A stretch of 64,000 nt of DNA from the human T2T-CHM13v2.0 reference genome, Homo sapiens: assembly GCF_009914755.1 (NCBI RefSeq), contig NC_060931.1, one strand, 5' to 3'. The position numbers and the translations under genes are program-made. Positions 36,277 through 56,269 of the stretch are shown here, piece by piece (position 1 is the first letter of the stretch; the number at the start of each line of letters is the position of its first letter). Under the pieces are notes generated by a model that worked only from the letters and a program-made list of their open reading frames with translations, ran no database searches and was not told the origin of the DNA.

Positions 36277-37683
36277 GGAGACAGAGGGGAAGGTGTTCCA
36301 GACCCAGAGCATGACGTATCCCAGGCCAGGTGGTCAGAGCTACTCTGTGCCACGTGGGAACTGAGCCCTGGAGTACTGAGATGGGGCAGGGTGGAGAGAG
36401 ACGGGCCTGAAGGACCCAGACGGTGAAGGGCCAGCCAGGCCTTGCCCAGGAGCTTGGACTTTGTTCTGAAGGGGCTACTGAGGGGTGGAGATGGTGGGCT
36501 TGCCCTTGGAAGACTGGTGGTGGCCCAGAGGGGTGGGACCCAGGCTCGAGGTCAGGGAGGGGGTGGGGCAGTGGACCAGGAGGGACATAACCAGCAGCTG
36601 GGCCAAGGCAGGTCATGGGGCTGCTGAGGATGGCGAGGTGGGGATGGTAATGCCAGCCTTCTGCACAAAGGCTATGGGCCAGGGGACGTGCACTGTCCGA
36701 GGAAGGGCTGTGCAGACTCTGAAGCTGGACCACCAGACAGTGGCAGGGACAGAGGAGGCGAAGATGTTGCGTCACCAAGGAGAAGAGCTGTAGCAGAGCT
36801 GTGGGTTGTGAAGAGTTGTGTGGAATGGATGGAGGTGGTCAGACACCCCCCCGTGACGCTGTCTCCGGCTTTACTGTTGGAGTGGCCCTGTGTTCCCACG
36901 CTTCACTCCTGCCAAAGCTATTTCTTGAAGTTGTTCCCTCCTCTTGCCTGTATTTCTTCATTCATTTATTCGTCAGCATTTCTGAAGGGTCTGCCCTAAC
37001 CTTAACCCCAGCCCCCATGGTAGGGCTGCTTCTGGGCTGCTGTGGCCCTTTAATGCCTCCTGCTTGCTGTTCCTGTCCACCTCCTGCCCTGACTTCCACC
37101 CCCTTGTGCTTCCTCCTCCCCACTGTGGCTGGGCTGCCCACCTGCCAGTCAGGCTGCAGAACAGACCACACACCAAGCTGGAAGGTCACCCAGAGGCTGC
37201 CTGGGGCCCTGAGTCAAGCCCACTCCCATGCTTAGCATCTTCCTGTGGTCCAGCCTTGCCTCACCATGGCCCCCTGCCTTGCCTTGCTCTCTGACTCATG
37301 CCACCTGCAGTCCCCTCCCCTTCCTTCCCCTGGTCTCCCCAGGAGCAGTCCCACTCCTGATGGCCTGTGGTCCTTGGGTACTCAGCATCTTGGGCCTACT
37401 GACTTTTCCCACAGGAGTTTTAGAATCTGGAGTCTGAGTCTGGCCAGGGGCCTCCCTTCTGCCAGTTCTCTGAAGGTCTTCTTGGGTGCCCCCAAGCTCC
37501 TCTCTTCTGAGAGGAGCCTGGGAAAGGAGCCTGAGAGGAGACAGAGGGAAAGGTGTCCCAGACCCAGAGCACGATGTGTTCTGGGCCAGGTGGCCAGAGC
37601 TAGTTTGTCCCATGTAGGAACTGAGCCCTGGAGTACTGGGGTGGGGCAGGGTAGAGAGAGACGGGTCTGGCGGACCCAGACGG
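36277..37683 (+). repeat. Dispersed direct repeat of 147 bp (36277-36423 and 37537-37683)
   Basis: Ungapped alignment with about 20 mismatches (~86% identity), offset 1260 bp. Confidence 0.9.
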
Positions 37684-39429
37684 AAGGAGAGGTCCTCTTC
37701 TGGAGGACCCAGAAGAAAGGAGCTCATGGAGCAGGGCTGCTCCTCTCCAGGGTGCTGCTGCATTGGCCCAGTGCTGGCTTTTGTATTTGTCTCCATCATG
37801 CATTCATTCTTTCTGCAACATCCGGGTACCATTCTGGGCCCTGGGCACATTTATGTTCTCTCAGAGGTTCCAGGACAGGGACTGAGGCAGTGTGGGGAGG
37901 TGCAGGAAGCAGAGCATCTGGTAAAGCTGGGGCAGAGCCTTCCATTGCCACAGGCTGGCGGGCTTTCCAACTTCCTGGACCATTTGCTTCCTTATCTGCC
38001 AAGTCAGGTCATGATTTCTACCTCTCAGGTAGACAGAGGCCCTGGAGTGTGGGCTGTGTGTATGGTGACTCCTCTTCCCAGCTGCCTGGACTTGGCCTCC
38101 TGCAGCCCCTGCTGGGGGAGCCCAGGCCTAACTGCAACACTTGGACTTCTGGTCAGCCTCCCTTGATTCTGCTTCCCACCCCAAACCTGAGTCCAGAGTT
38201 CACGTAATGAAACACTGTCAATGGGAGGAGGGATCTGTCCTTTGGGGACCCAGGGTTATGCTGCCCCTGCTTAGCCAAGCACTTGTCTTGAGAGAAATGG
38301 GACATTTTCTGACTTGACTGAGCTGAACCCTCCAAGAAGTCTCTGCTCCTTTATCACCATGTGCCCAATGCACATCAAGCACCTGCTACGTGCTGGAGCC
38401 TTGCTGGGGCTTTCATAGTCATCATCTCAGTCCTCACCTCTCCCCTTGCAGGGGGGCTGGTGAGTGTTCTGTTTCATAGATGAGGGAGCCGAGACTGAGA
38501 GCCTGAGTGTCTTGCCCAAGGACATCCTTGGTTGCTATCACATGAAAGCCCTGTTGTGAAGGCTCTGACCCCTTCCTGCATGGCCAAGGACGTCAGCCTT
38601 GGTGAAGCTAGCTGGGGATCATCAAATTCCCACACACACGCTCTCCTCCCCCTGCTCCCCAGACAACCCTGCCACCTCCAGCACTGACGTTTCCCTCCTT
38701 ATGGGTTAAATGAGTCAGAGAGCTTCTTAAAGCAGAAAGCTGGGATTAGAGCCCAGGTCTTTAAGACTTTTCTGAGATGAATAACTAGCTTTATAAACAG
38801 GAAGCCAAACAGAAGTTGCCTTAATCAAGTCTTTTCTCTCGCTGTAGATATGAACCTTTCCTTCCAGCCTGGGGTATAAGGCTAGAAAAGGTGACCCGGA
38901 GAGCCCGCCTGGGTTCTGGGAACAAGAGAAGTGATTCGAGATGGGCATATTTCTGGCATTGAGAGTGGCAGTGGGGCAGAGTGGCCTGGGGGTATGGGAG
39001 AGGGGACAGAGTGAGCCTGCGTGCCTCAGCCTATAGATTTTTTAGTGCTCACCGATTCTGAATTTTTAATGTTGAAAGTTTCTTGATTAGGCATAAACCC
39101 ACAACTTCCTGATCAAAACCACACACATGCTTTTAGCCTCTTAAAAATTTAAAAATTACCAAACTTCACATTTGGTAGTTTTTAACAGTCAAGATTATGC
39201 TTGCCAGGCTGTGTCCCCGATGACTTAGAGACAGCAGCATGGGCCTTTTTTGGGATATGAGTGTGAGGATGATGGGAGCTTTGTCTGGGCCTGGGAGTCA
39301 GGTTTTTTCAGTTGTTCCTTCTAAAATTAGGTGAAATCACACACATTTAGAAACCTAAATAAACTACACCCTTATACGCCATCTAATATGGGCCATGGCA
39401 TAGTAGGGAACAAGTAATGAGTTAGACAT

Positions 39430-40160
39430 TTGTTAGAAGTTGAATTGTGTCCCTACCAAAAAAGAGATATTGGAGTCTTAACCTCTGGTACCTCTGAATG
39501 TGACTGCATATGGAAATACAGTCTGGCAGATTATTTGTAGTTAAGATGAGGTCAGACTGGAGTAGAGTGGGCCCTAATCCCATATGAACTGGCATCCTTA
39601 TAAGAAGATGGTCACATGAAGACAAAGGCACTGTATTAGTCCGTTCTCACACTGCTAATAAAGACATACCCAAGACTGGGTAATTTATAAAGGAAAGAGG
39701 TTTAATGGACTTACAGTTCCACATGGCTGGGGAGGCTTCACAATCATGAAGGAAGGTGAAGGAGGAGCAAAGACACGTCTTACATGGTGGCAGGCAAGAG
39801 AGTGTGTGCAGAGGAACTGCCCTTTATAAAACCATCAGATCTTGTGAGACTTACTCACTATCACAAGAACAGCATGATTTGGGAAAAACCTGCCCCCATG
39901 ATTCAATTACCTCCCACCCAGTCCCTCCCATGACACATGGGAATTATGGGAACTATAATTCAAGATGAGATCTGGGTGGGGACATAGTTGAACGACATAA
40001 GACACACAAAGAGAATACCATGTGATGATAAAGGCAGAGATTGGACTGATGTGGTTGCAAGCCAAGGAGTGCCAAAGTCCGTCAGCAACCACTGGACACT
40101 AGGAAGAGGCAAGGAAGGAGCCCCTGCAGAGGTCAGAGGAAGCATGGTCCAGTGCAGCAC
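39430..40160 (+). mobile_element. MLT1 LTR with a nested THE1 LTR (39632-~39995, minus strand)
   Basis: MLT1 start tgttagaagttgaattgtgtccc; THE1 reverse strand tgtattagtccgttctcacactgctaataaagacatacccaagactggg...gatgagatctgggtgggga; MLT1 resumes at ggcagagattgga...gcaagccaagga. Confidence 0.85.
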
Positions 40161-41004
40161 CTAGAGAAATTATCCCTGAGACATAATGAAGAGGCACCTT
40201 GGGTCTGGCAGTGCTGCAGATACATGTACCGATCCCTCTTCCCTGTGTGGTCTTTCCTACAAACTCAGTTGAATTTAAAGTTGACCAAGGATGTTGTCAT
40301 TTGGTGTAACTAAATTTCTCCCATAGTTTTTGAGTTCCAGTGGGTGCTCTGTAACATGCAGGGCAATGACCCAGCCCTCTTTCAGGCAATCTGAAGGTGA
40401 GTAAAGCACAGTCCTTACCCCAAAGCACAGTCCTTACCCCAAAGGAGCCTAGGGCTGATGGTCATCATCACACTGATGGCCTGCATAATCACCGCGAGTT
40501 GATTGAATAGAGTTTACCATGCCAGGCACTGTGCTAAGCACTGTACACTGAATTCCTATAACTCTCTAAGAGACAGGTAGATATTATCATTACCTCATTT
40601 TCAAGATGAGGAAAATGAACTACAATAGAGGCTAAGAAACTTTACCATCCATACACATCTAGAAAATGGCAGAGCTAAGATTTGAACCCAGGCAAAGTGA
40701 TGTCAGATGTTATGCCCTTATCTTCAGTGCACAAAGGATTACAGCATCAATGATAGAGAAGAGGCTAATAGAAGGGAGAAGAAGGATGCACTCAGCATGC
40801 TCACCATAGGCAGCCATCGTGTAGCTCCAGGAAACTGTGATGAAGCTGCCACCAAGGACAGCAGAGCATGAACAGAGAGAGCCCAGTCCTCCAGTGCAGG
40901 CTGAAACCTCTGCTCTTACCATGTCTGAAGCTACCCACCCAGGACTCCTGGTAACTTGCCAACATAGACCTTGCCAATAGGAAAGACTGGAAATGTTTGT
41001 TGGA

Positions 41005-45010
<4,006 letters not shown>

Positions 45011-45334
45011 TCAGACTATCTTTGGTGAAGGAAACAGGTTTCTTTTTAAAATCCTTTGTAAAATACAATACAAATGAATAACTAGCAGCAGGCACTTGGA
45101 TGTCGGGTAATTGCTACAGATTCTTCCTCTCAATTTTGGCACTTATATCATGATGGACAAGTAACAGTTTACAGACAAACATTGAGCTGCAGAGGCACTG
45201 TTTTCATCTATGATTTATGTATAACATTGACTAAAAAAACACTTTCAAAGTGGGGGCACAACAATGTAACTGTACTTAACTGTGCACTCAATGGTTAAGA
45301 TGGTAAAAAAAAATCCAAACAAAATTGTAAAGGG

Positions 45335-46850
45335 AATTCACACCTGCTAGGAGGGCTGTAATCAAAACAATGCAAACCAACAAGTATTGGTGAGAGGATG
45401 TGGAGAAACTGGAACCCTTGTCTGTTGCTGGTGAGAATGTAAAATTATGCAACCAATGATGGAGTTAGTCTTTCCTCAGAAAGAACTACCGGTAGCAGCG
45501 GTGGTGTCGGCAGCGGCTGTAGCAAAGAGTTTGGCGCGATGTCTCACACCATTTTGCTGATACAGACTACCAAGAGGCCAGAAGGCAGAACTTATGCTGA
45601 CTACGAATCTGTGAATGAATGCATGGAAGGCGTTTGTAAAATGTATGAAGACATGTGAAAAGAATGAATCCCAACAGTCCCTCTATCAAATATGACATCA
45701 GTCAGTTGTTTGATTTCATCAATGATCTGGCAGACCTCAGCTGCCTGGTTTACCGAGCTGATACCCAGACATACCAGCCTTATAAAAAAAGACTGGATTA
45801 AAGAGAAGATCTACATGCTTCTTCATCGGCAGGCTCAACAGGCTGATAAATAATTGTATTGGAAGCATTAGGGGGGTTGGGGGTGGGCTTGGAACACAGG
45901 TGAGTACGGTGTGCTGTAGCGGAAGTTTTGTATCATAGTAATCCTGTTTCCACTTTGTTATACTCTAGCCAAGATTGGCTGTATTAGATGAAATGTGAAG
46001 TTCTTTTTCCATTTGGAAACCCCCGTTGCCCCCTCTTTTTTTCTTTTCTTCCTTTTTTTTTACTTAAACATTTTTATGATGATTTAGATGGAAGTTGTTC
46101 TTCCTCAATTAATGTTGGTTCCAGTCCTTCCACTGTTTATATCTGCTTTATAACGTTCACTGTAGTAACCCTTCTTCAAGATGGGGTGGGGGATGGAAAC
46201 GCAGTTTAGCCATGTCCTCAAGATAAAATTTTGGTAAAAATAAATAAGTGTTCTTTAGTAAAAAAAAAAAAAACAAAAGAACAACAACAAAAAAACCTAC
46301 CATGTGATCCAGCAACTCCACTCCTAAGCATATACCCAAAAGAATTGAAAGCAAGGACTTGAACAGATACTCATACACCATGTTCATAGCTGCGTTATTC
46401 ACAATAGCCAAAAGGTGGAAACAGCCCAAATGTCTACCAACAGATGAATGGATAAACACAACGTGGTCTTGCTATACGATGGAACATTATTCAGCCTTAA
46501 GATGGAATGAAGTTCTGACATGTGTGACAACATGGATGAGCCTTGTAAACAATCTGTGAAAGGAACCAGACACAAAAGGAAAAAGATGTTTCCTCTTATA
46601 TGAGATTCCTAGAGTGGTCCAATTCATAGAGACAGAAAGTAGAAGGGTGGTTGCCCGGGGCTGGGGAGAGGAGGGGATGGGAGTTGTTTAAGGGAACAGA
46701 ACTTCTGTCTGGGATGATGAAAAAGTTTGCAAACAGACAGTGATGATGGTTGCACAACATTGTGAGTGTACTTAATGCCACTAACCGTACACTAAAAAAT
46801 GGTTAAAATTGCAAATTTTATGTTATATATTTTCATCACAATTTTTAAAA
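45335..46850 (+). mobile_element. L1MB ORF2 end and 3'UTR, split by the ERH retrocopy
   Basis: gaggatgtggagaaactggaaccctt... before the retrocopy and catgtgatccagcaactccactccta...gatgaatggataaac...catagagacagaaagtaga after it. Confidence 0.85.
45491..46295 (+). pseudogene. ERHP1: Processed pseudogene of ERH (enhancer of rudimentary homolog) in CLEC2L intron 1
   Basis: ATG 45539 [38 protein letters not shown] 1-nt deletion gives TGA at 45656; the remainder ([10 protein letters not shown]...QAQQADK*) ends at TAA 45851-45853. AATAAA ~46239, poly(A) 46260-46295, degenerate TSD ...actacc/...cctacc. The ERH parent is clear; the symbol is from recall. Confidence 0.93.
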
Positions 46851-47199
46851 TCCTTAAAATACCCTATGTTTAACGTCTAAAAGGGTTATCTCGTTAAATA
46901 TAAAATGAGAATATTAAATGATAACAAAATAAAATAAATACATGAAAATAACAAAGAGAGAACCCAGAGGATCAGGAAGAGGATGGATGGTGTAGAGGTG
47001 GGTGAATTTTAGGAAGTATCTGTGGAGGAGGTGGAGGAGGAGATTTCGGGAGCAAAGATTCAGTAGCAGGGCTGTGAGGGCTGAACGGGTTATTTTGAGG
47101 AACCCATGCGGCTGAAACCTGCGACCGCATAGAGAAGCAGCAGGAGATTCAAGATGGAAAGCTCTGACCATCACTGAAGATTTCATGAGCAGTGGGTAG

Positions 47200-47696
<497 letters not shown>

Positions 47697-47878
47697 TAAA
47701 AGCACGTCTAATTAGTTAAAGAAAGATTCTAGACATTCCAAGAATCCTGTGGGGGACTAAATAAGTAGAAAATACATAGTGTCAGTTGTTGAGAGTTCAG
47801 CTTAAAATAATATATTCACACACAGACTATACATGTCCCCTTCATCAAGCCATGCAAGTAGAGTAGAGATGTTACTTA

Positions 47879-48310
<432 letters not shown>

Positions 48311-48522
48311 TCAGCATTTATTGAGTGCTGCTGTGTGTTAAGCTCTGGGCTAAGTGCTAAGGTTAAAAAAAAAAAGACGAATATGACACTGTCTCCTCTG
48401 TCCAGGGGTAAGTGCAATAATAGAGGTATTACTGCCCAGTGGCTTCCCAGAAGGAAAAAACATGTGCACTGAACCCTGGAGAATGAATAGGAGTTATCCA
48501 GAGATTAGGAGGTAGAGAGTGC

Positions 48523-49090
48523 TAGGGAGGAAAAACTTTTCCTGTGCCCTCTTAAGTTCAGTGTCTGGGGGCCTGTAAATTGAACTATCAAAGACAAATT
48601 AGCAGGAGAAAAGGTAACCAATGTTTATTAATATTTATGTTCATGGGAGTTCACAGATAATAAGTGAAACTCAAAGAAGAATTTAGACTCAGGGGCTTAT
48701 ATACCTTTTTAACAAATGAAAGAGGGTTTGGGTTTCAAGGGCTGGTGAATTGAGGGAAGTGACTAGGAAACATATAGAGGAACAATGGGAGATAAAGGCT
48801 ATTTTGGTAAGGTTTGCTTGTGCAAACTAATCCTGGTGTTGATTCCTTGGCATGTTTGATGATGAGTCACTCTTCCCTCCCTGGTTTAGGGTGGGCAGTG
48901 GGGGTATGAGAGGGGATGGGGTGAGGGATGGGGAGTAGGGCAGCACCCTCCCCAAAGGGAAATTTATGCCCTACTTTTAGGGAGATGAGAGGGCAGAGAA
49001 CCCTTCCTGTTGATTCTGAATTGCCTTCGGCTTAAAATGATCCATATGTCAAAGTGGCATATTTTAGGGTGGCATATTCTGGACCCCATC
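48523..49090 (-). mobile_element. ERV1 solo LTR, MER34 family
   Basis: The reverse complement starts tgatggggtccagaatatgccaccctaaaatatgccactttg, typical of MER34. Confidence 0.75.
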
Positions 49091-49303
49091 AAGGAAATAG
49101 AACATGCTAAGTGGAAGAGGCCTGAGAAACATAGAGTGTGTGTGGAACTGAAAGGGTTGGATAAATGAAAAAGGTAGAAACTGCAACTAAGAACATGTGA
49201 GGCTATATGAACAGGGAATCTGATTACTTTTAAGAGATTCAAATACAAGTGTATTGTAGGTTCTGAAGGGTTTGCAAAAATGATTTTAGTGCCTCTGTCT
49301 TTA

Positions 49304-50139
<836 letters not shown>

Positions 50140-50149
50140 TTAAATCAGT

Positions 50150-50720
50150 TTCCTTTTCCCCTCTTACTAGGTTGGGAGGCCAGAGAATGTGTAGACATAG
50201 CTAGTATGATTTTAATAAAGCACAACAGTCTCTTAGGAGATCCTTATGGAAAAGCAGTTGAAATGTAGCCACACCATGGTCAGTACTCCCAGGTGGACTT
50301 GCATCTCATTGAACAGATATATATGCCAGGGGGTGTCGATGAATGAATTGGTGTCTGTGTGGCTGGAGATCCCCAGGGGCTTGAGTACCAGAGGCCTGTT
50401 CTTGGCTCTGTCCTGGTCTACATTTTAATCAATCACTTGTATGAAAACAAACAAAAAGTATGCTTATGGAATTTGCAGCTGACAAAATCCAAAAACACAA
50501 TCCCATATGACAGATGGGTGAAAGAAATCAAGATTAAAATGTATCTTGAATAACTCAAATGATGAGCCAAAGTGAATGACATAAATGTGGAAGAAATAAA
50601 TATAAGGTTCTGCATTTGGATTTAAGAAGTTATTTTCACATGTTCTGACACTGGGGGAGACCTGGCTTAGAATCAGATCATATGAAAACAATCTAAGATT
50701 GTGGATTAATTCCTTTTGGC
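50150..50720 (+). mobile_element. Ancient L3/CR1 reverse-transcriptase remnant
   Basis: Remnant peptide PVLGSVLVYILINHLYE resembles the CR1 RT motif SVLGPVLFNIFINDLD, followed by ggaatttgcagctgac (KFADD-like). Confidence 0.7.
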
Positions 50721-51380
50721 AAGGAGGCCCTTTGAGAAGCTCCGGGCTTCCTTCCCAGAAAAGTCCATGTATGCACATACCCGCCGATCTGTTCGTGGAA
50801 GCAGTCTGCAGACTGGAGATCCCATGACGACTGGAAGACAGCATGGTGGTCACTGTTGCTGCTGGTAGAGCCACATCTGATGTGTCCCGGTCTGTCCTGG
50901 TGGCAGCGATTCAGTGGTAACATGGGGACATTGCAGCGAGCAGGCAGGATGGAGAGCAACCCTTGTCAGGAATCATGGGAGAGATGGCATCTGTTTCAAC
51001 CTGGATGAGGGAGGCTGGTGTGCTTCTTTGAGTAGGGGGTAGAAGACAGAGCGGGTGTCTCTGGGTCACTCCAGAGGCCTTAGACCAGCAGGTCTAGGTC
51101 ACAGGGGGACAGGTTGGGACTCAACATTTAAGAACTTTCCATGCACACTGACAGCAAGGGGGTTAAAAAAATAAAAATGAAAAGAACTTCCCAGCAGTTC
51201 AGTGGTGGAATGGCAGCCTTGGTAGCTAACATGGGCATGGTTAATGACAGCGGGCAGTCTGTCCTGCTGTTGGTACCTGGCCTAGCTGGAAGGAGAGGAC
51301 ACATAGCCGCCAGACCTCTTCCCAGTCTGAGTTTCTGGCGTTCCATGCCTCTGGGAGTTTGGAGACAGAGGAGATCCTAA

Positions 51381-51800
<420 letters not shown>

Positions 51801-52296
51801 TGAAGGGGGTTGGGGGAAGGGACCCTCAGGGCCCCCAACCTTGACTCTAGGGGACAGCCACACAGTAAAGGATGCAGTGTTCCCTGTGACACGTCTCCAA
51901 AGCCGCCCACCTGCTGCATAACCACTTGGGGTGCAGGCAGACCTCACAGTCTGAGCAGGTCAATGAGTGGCTCCAGTTTCCACTTCCATTGTCAAGGCCA
52001 CCTATTTCAATCCAAGGCCCACTGGTTGAGGTCACTTAGTATTATAAACCAGAAGAATTACACATTATAAAGCTGGTGATGTGGTATCCACCTCTAGTAC
52101 CAGCTACTCAGGAGGCTGAGGCAGGAGGATCACTTGAGCCCAGGAGTTGGGGGCTAGTCTGGGCAACATAGTGAGACCCTAGCTCTACAAAAAGTAAAAA
52201 GAAAATTAGCTGGGCATGGTGGAGTGTGCCTGTAGTCCCAGCTACTTAGGGGGCTGAGGCAGGAGGATCACAGGAGTTCGAGGCCAGCCTGGGTAA

Positions 52297-52485
<189 letters not shown>

Positions 52486-53294
52486 TAGTAGAGACAGGGT
52501 TTCACCATGTTGGCCAGGCTGGTCTCGAACTCCTGGCTTCAAGTGATCCACCCGCCTAGGCCTCCCAAAGTGCTGGTATTACAGGTGTGAGCTACCGTGC
52601 CCAGCCACAAGACTTGTCTCTTAAGGAAAAAAAAAAAGAATTACAAATTATAAATGCATTGTGAAATGTGAAAACACATTGTCATTTTCTAAAGATCCAA
52701 ATCAGGACACGGTCTCTCATTTAACATCCAAAACAGTCTTAGCAACAGAAACGTGAAAGAAACACAATTAATGGAGTCTATTGGCCATTTTGGATTTTGA
52801 GGTTAACAGTGGTATTAACCAAAATAGAAGATAATCTAAAAATCACTTCTGTTTGCCTTTGATACACAGTATGATATCCCCAGTCTGCAGGGAAAGTCCC
52901 AGAAATTTGCAGGTAGGACAACCAACCTGAGCATTGAGATTTGTCCCAGATCATCCAACCAGTGGGCAATCCCCAAGCTTCCTGCAAATCAGGAATGCTG
53001 TCCTGCTGAGCCAGGAGGACAAGCCCTGTACAGCCTTCCTGGCCAGTGGCATGCACACACAGCCAGGGTCCCTTTCAAGCTGTCGGAGGCAACTGCTGTG
53101 AGGTCAGCCAGCAGCTTGGAGCCGAATTCTGGCAGCGTGACTGCAGAGGATCCTGTAACCTAGCTCCTTACTTGCGGGATTCAGCGAGACAACAGTCACT
53201 CTCCTGGCGTCTGTACATCCCGAGAGCCAGTATCTTCCAAGCTGAGGTTTGTCTTGGGATGTGACAGCAGTCAGGAGACCGCATCTGACCCTGA

Positions 53295-53420
<126 letters not shown>

Positions 53421-55439
53421 TGAGCTGAGGCTTCATCTTCTGGCTACCGAGCTTAGACTGAGAAAGGCCTGACTCACCCCCTGGACACAACTCCCGAAGA
53501 GAGAAGCCCTTGTTTTGTGCTAGCTAGAGATACTAGTCTCGGGGTCCAGCAGTGTGCGCCAGAGACCCAGCCATGAAAATGTCTGTACTTCTCCCTCTCT
53601 CATAAAAGTCCAGCCTGGCTTGGTGGCTCTGCCCTGCAAAGCCATCAGAGCTTCGCGGTGTCCGGCCCAGGGTCTCTCCACCCTTGAGTCCCTGATCTGT
53701 GCAGCCTGGCGCTTGTCGGCTCCACTCAGTGTGGCGCAACCACATCCCATTCAGCCAGAACGGGACAGAGAATGGGAGGGAGGGCCCTGGATGGCCTCAC
53801 CCCATTGGCCAGAACTTAGTCACATGGCCGCACCTGGCCGCAAGGGAGGATGGGAGATGCGCCTCTGTCCCGGGCAGCCTCGTGCCACCTAAGCACTGTA
53901 GCTGTGGAAGAAAGGGGATCTGAAGGCAGGCACCTGGGAGTGTTCTAGGTCACATTTTACTGGCGAACGCATCTCTTGATGGACGGAGCGCTGCTGAGGT
54001 GGTGGCGTGTGCCGTGGCGGTTTTGTAAGACTCAAGTGGAGTGGATGTGAGTGTGTGATGCCAGGTCTGGTGTGTGGTGTGGGGGTGATGGTCATGGGCG
54101 GAGTGGGTGGCAGATGTGTGGCTGTGGCAGTACAGTGGTGACTGTGTGGGGCGTGGGGAAAGGAGTGGTCTAGGCCGAGAGAAATGCAGGGAAGTGTGCA
54201 GAGGGAAGTGGGACCCGCAGAACAGACCCTGTGGCTGGAGGAATAGGCTCTGAGGTGCCAGCCGGAGGGCATGGGGTGGGGTGGGGAACACAGCTCCTAA
54301 CCCGATGATGATGATGATGCGTGAACGTCCCCAAGGCAGGGGCTAAAGCAGAAGGGCATCTGAGACCCTGGGATCCTCCTGGTTGCCAGAGGTGGCCATC
54401 AGCTGCCCTCCCACCTGAGGATGGCTTAGGCAGTCACGCCCATGGCAGCCCTGGAGGCAGGGGCATTCATGATGCTTCCCCTCCTCCTCCTTTTCCTTAT
54501 CTCAAGCACTCTTCATTTTTGCCCTTACTCTGGCCTCAGTGCCCCTTCCTTATCTCACCCCCTTTCCTGTCCCCCTCTCAGGTCTGCTCTCTCAGAGTGG
54601 CTGAGGAGGTCTTGCGCTTTGCACCCCTCTCCCTGCTTTTCTGGAAGCTTCTTGCTCTCAGAGCCCTGCAGGCTGGGGTCCGTGGCGTGCTGACCACCTG
54701 ACAACCAAGGGGCCGTTGGCCACATTTCTCAGACACTGCAGAGGTCCTTTCCCTTGCACTCCTTCTTGGGGTCCTTCCAATGCCCTCTGTTGTGAGGGTC
54801 TACCTCCAGCCTTGGCAGGGATCGGAGGTCCGGGTGAACAACTAAGGCTAAGAAGAAACCTCTGAGGCTGGAAAGGGGTGATTTGAGGTAGGGGGGAATC
54901 CTCCCACCACACCCATCTGTGTGTGATGTCAATGAGTTCCTGTGCAACCCAGCCTCAGTTAGCCCATATTGGGGTCATTGCAGCCTACCCCTAACCTGTG
55001 AGGGGTAGCTGACTTCAGCCAGCTCTGCAGAGCTCCTCCTGTGTGCTCAACTCTGCGCACTGCAGGGAGCCAAGATGAGAGCGCACAGAGCTCACTGCTC
55101 AGGAGATGGCTGCTTTGGGGACCTGTGTGGACAGACAGGTAGAGGCCCCAGGGGGCTATGGGAGTGCCCCACAGAGCAGGCAGGGGACTGTGGGGAAGTA
55201 GAGTGGGCAGAGAGTGGCCCTGAACTGGGTGCCATGGAGCCTGGGACATGTGAGCCGACCCTGCAAGGACATTGAGAATGGGGAAGTGCATGTGTGTCCA
55301 GGAAATGTCTCAGCAGCGTGCCAGGGTGGCTGGAGCTACGGTGCACAGAGTAGGGAGACAATGGGATGCCAAGCTAGAACAGTCTGTTGGCCCAAATGTC
55401 CTAGAAGGCAGCTCCAGTGATGAAGTGAGGGAGGGATAG

Positions 55440-55640
<201 letters not shown>

Positions 55641-56263
55641 GGTGGGTGGGGCCAGAGGTGGCCCCGCCCCTAGGCCTGTGGGAGGTGTCTGGTGTCTGCT
55701 CAAGACCTGCTTCCAGCGGAGCCGCCTGCCCTCTGCAAGGCGAAGCGGTGGGTGCGTGGCCTCCGCCCCAGGCCCCTCTCCCAGGCCCTGGCGCTCTGAG
55801 TCCCTGGTTCCTGGCCTCCTTTGTCTGCAGGCAGGTCGTGTGGCTCAGCAGTTAAATCCCATATGCTAGGTAGTGTAGGCATCTGCCCACCTACACACAC
55901 ACACATGCATAGGTACACGCACGCACAGACGCTGTCCCTTCTGAAGCTCAGTGTCCATCCTGAGCCACCCCACAGATCTCTCTCCGGCCCCCTAGAAGCC
56001 CTCTCCTCACTGCAGCCCTGGTGCTCTGGGGAAGGAGGGGCATTGACAGGTGGTTTGACTGTTCACCCAGCAGCCCCGCTTCCCCACTGGTTTCTCTCCT
56101 GGCTGCCGGCGGAGGTAGGCTGGGAAAGCTTCCCCCTCACCTAGGCCGGGCCAGCCCCGCCCCGGGCCCCAGAGGTCCCCTGCATCCCCCTTCTTTGCCT
56201 TGCCTGGGTTCTCAGGCAGGGCCCCTGCTGTGTCCGTGGTGCTGTTGTATTGGTCACTAACGG

Positions 56264-56269
56264 AATAAA
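56264..56269 (+). terminator. CLEC2L polyadenylation signal (AATAAA)
   Basis: First AATAAA about 620 nt after the stop, with an upstream TGTA (CFIm element) at 56246. A second AATAAA at 57191 could be a distal site. Confidence 0.8.

Noticed and set aside
37245-38207. 320-aa ORF in intron 1
   Set aside because: Non-ATG start, no recognisable domain, overlaps the 147-bp duplicate; a chance open frame in GC-rich sequence.
45650-45790. Apparently compensating -1 and +1 frameshifts in the ERH retrocopy
   Set aside because: The first shift hits TGA at 45656 immediately, so no full-length protein is restored.
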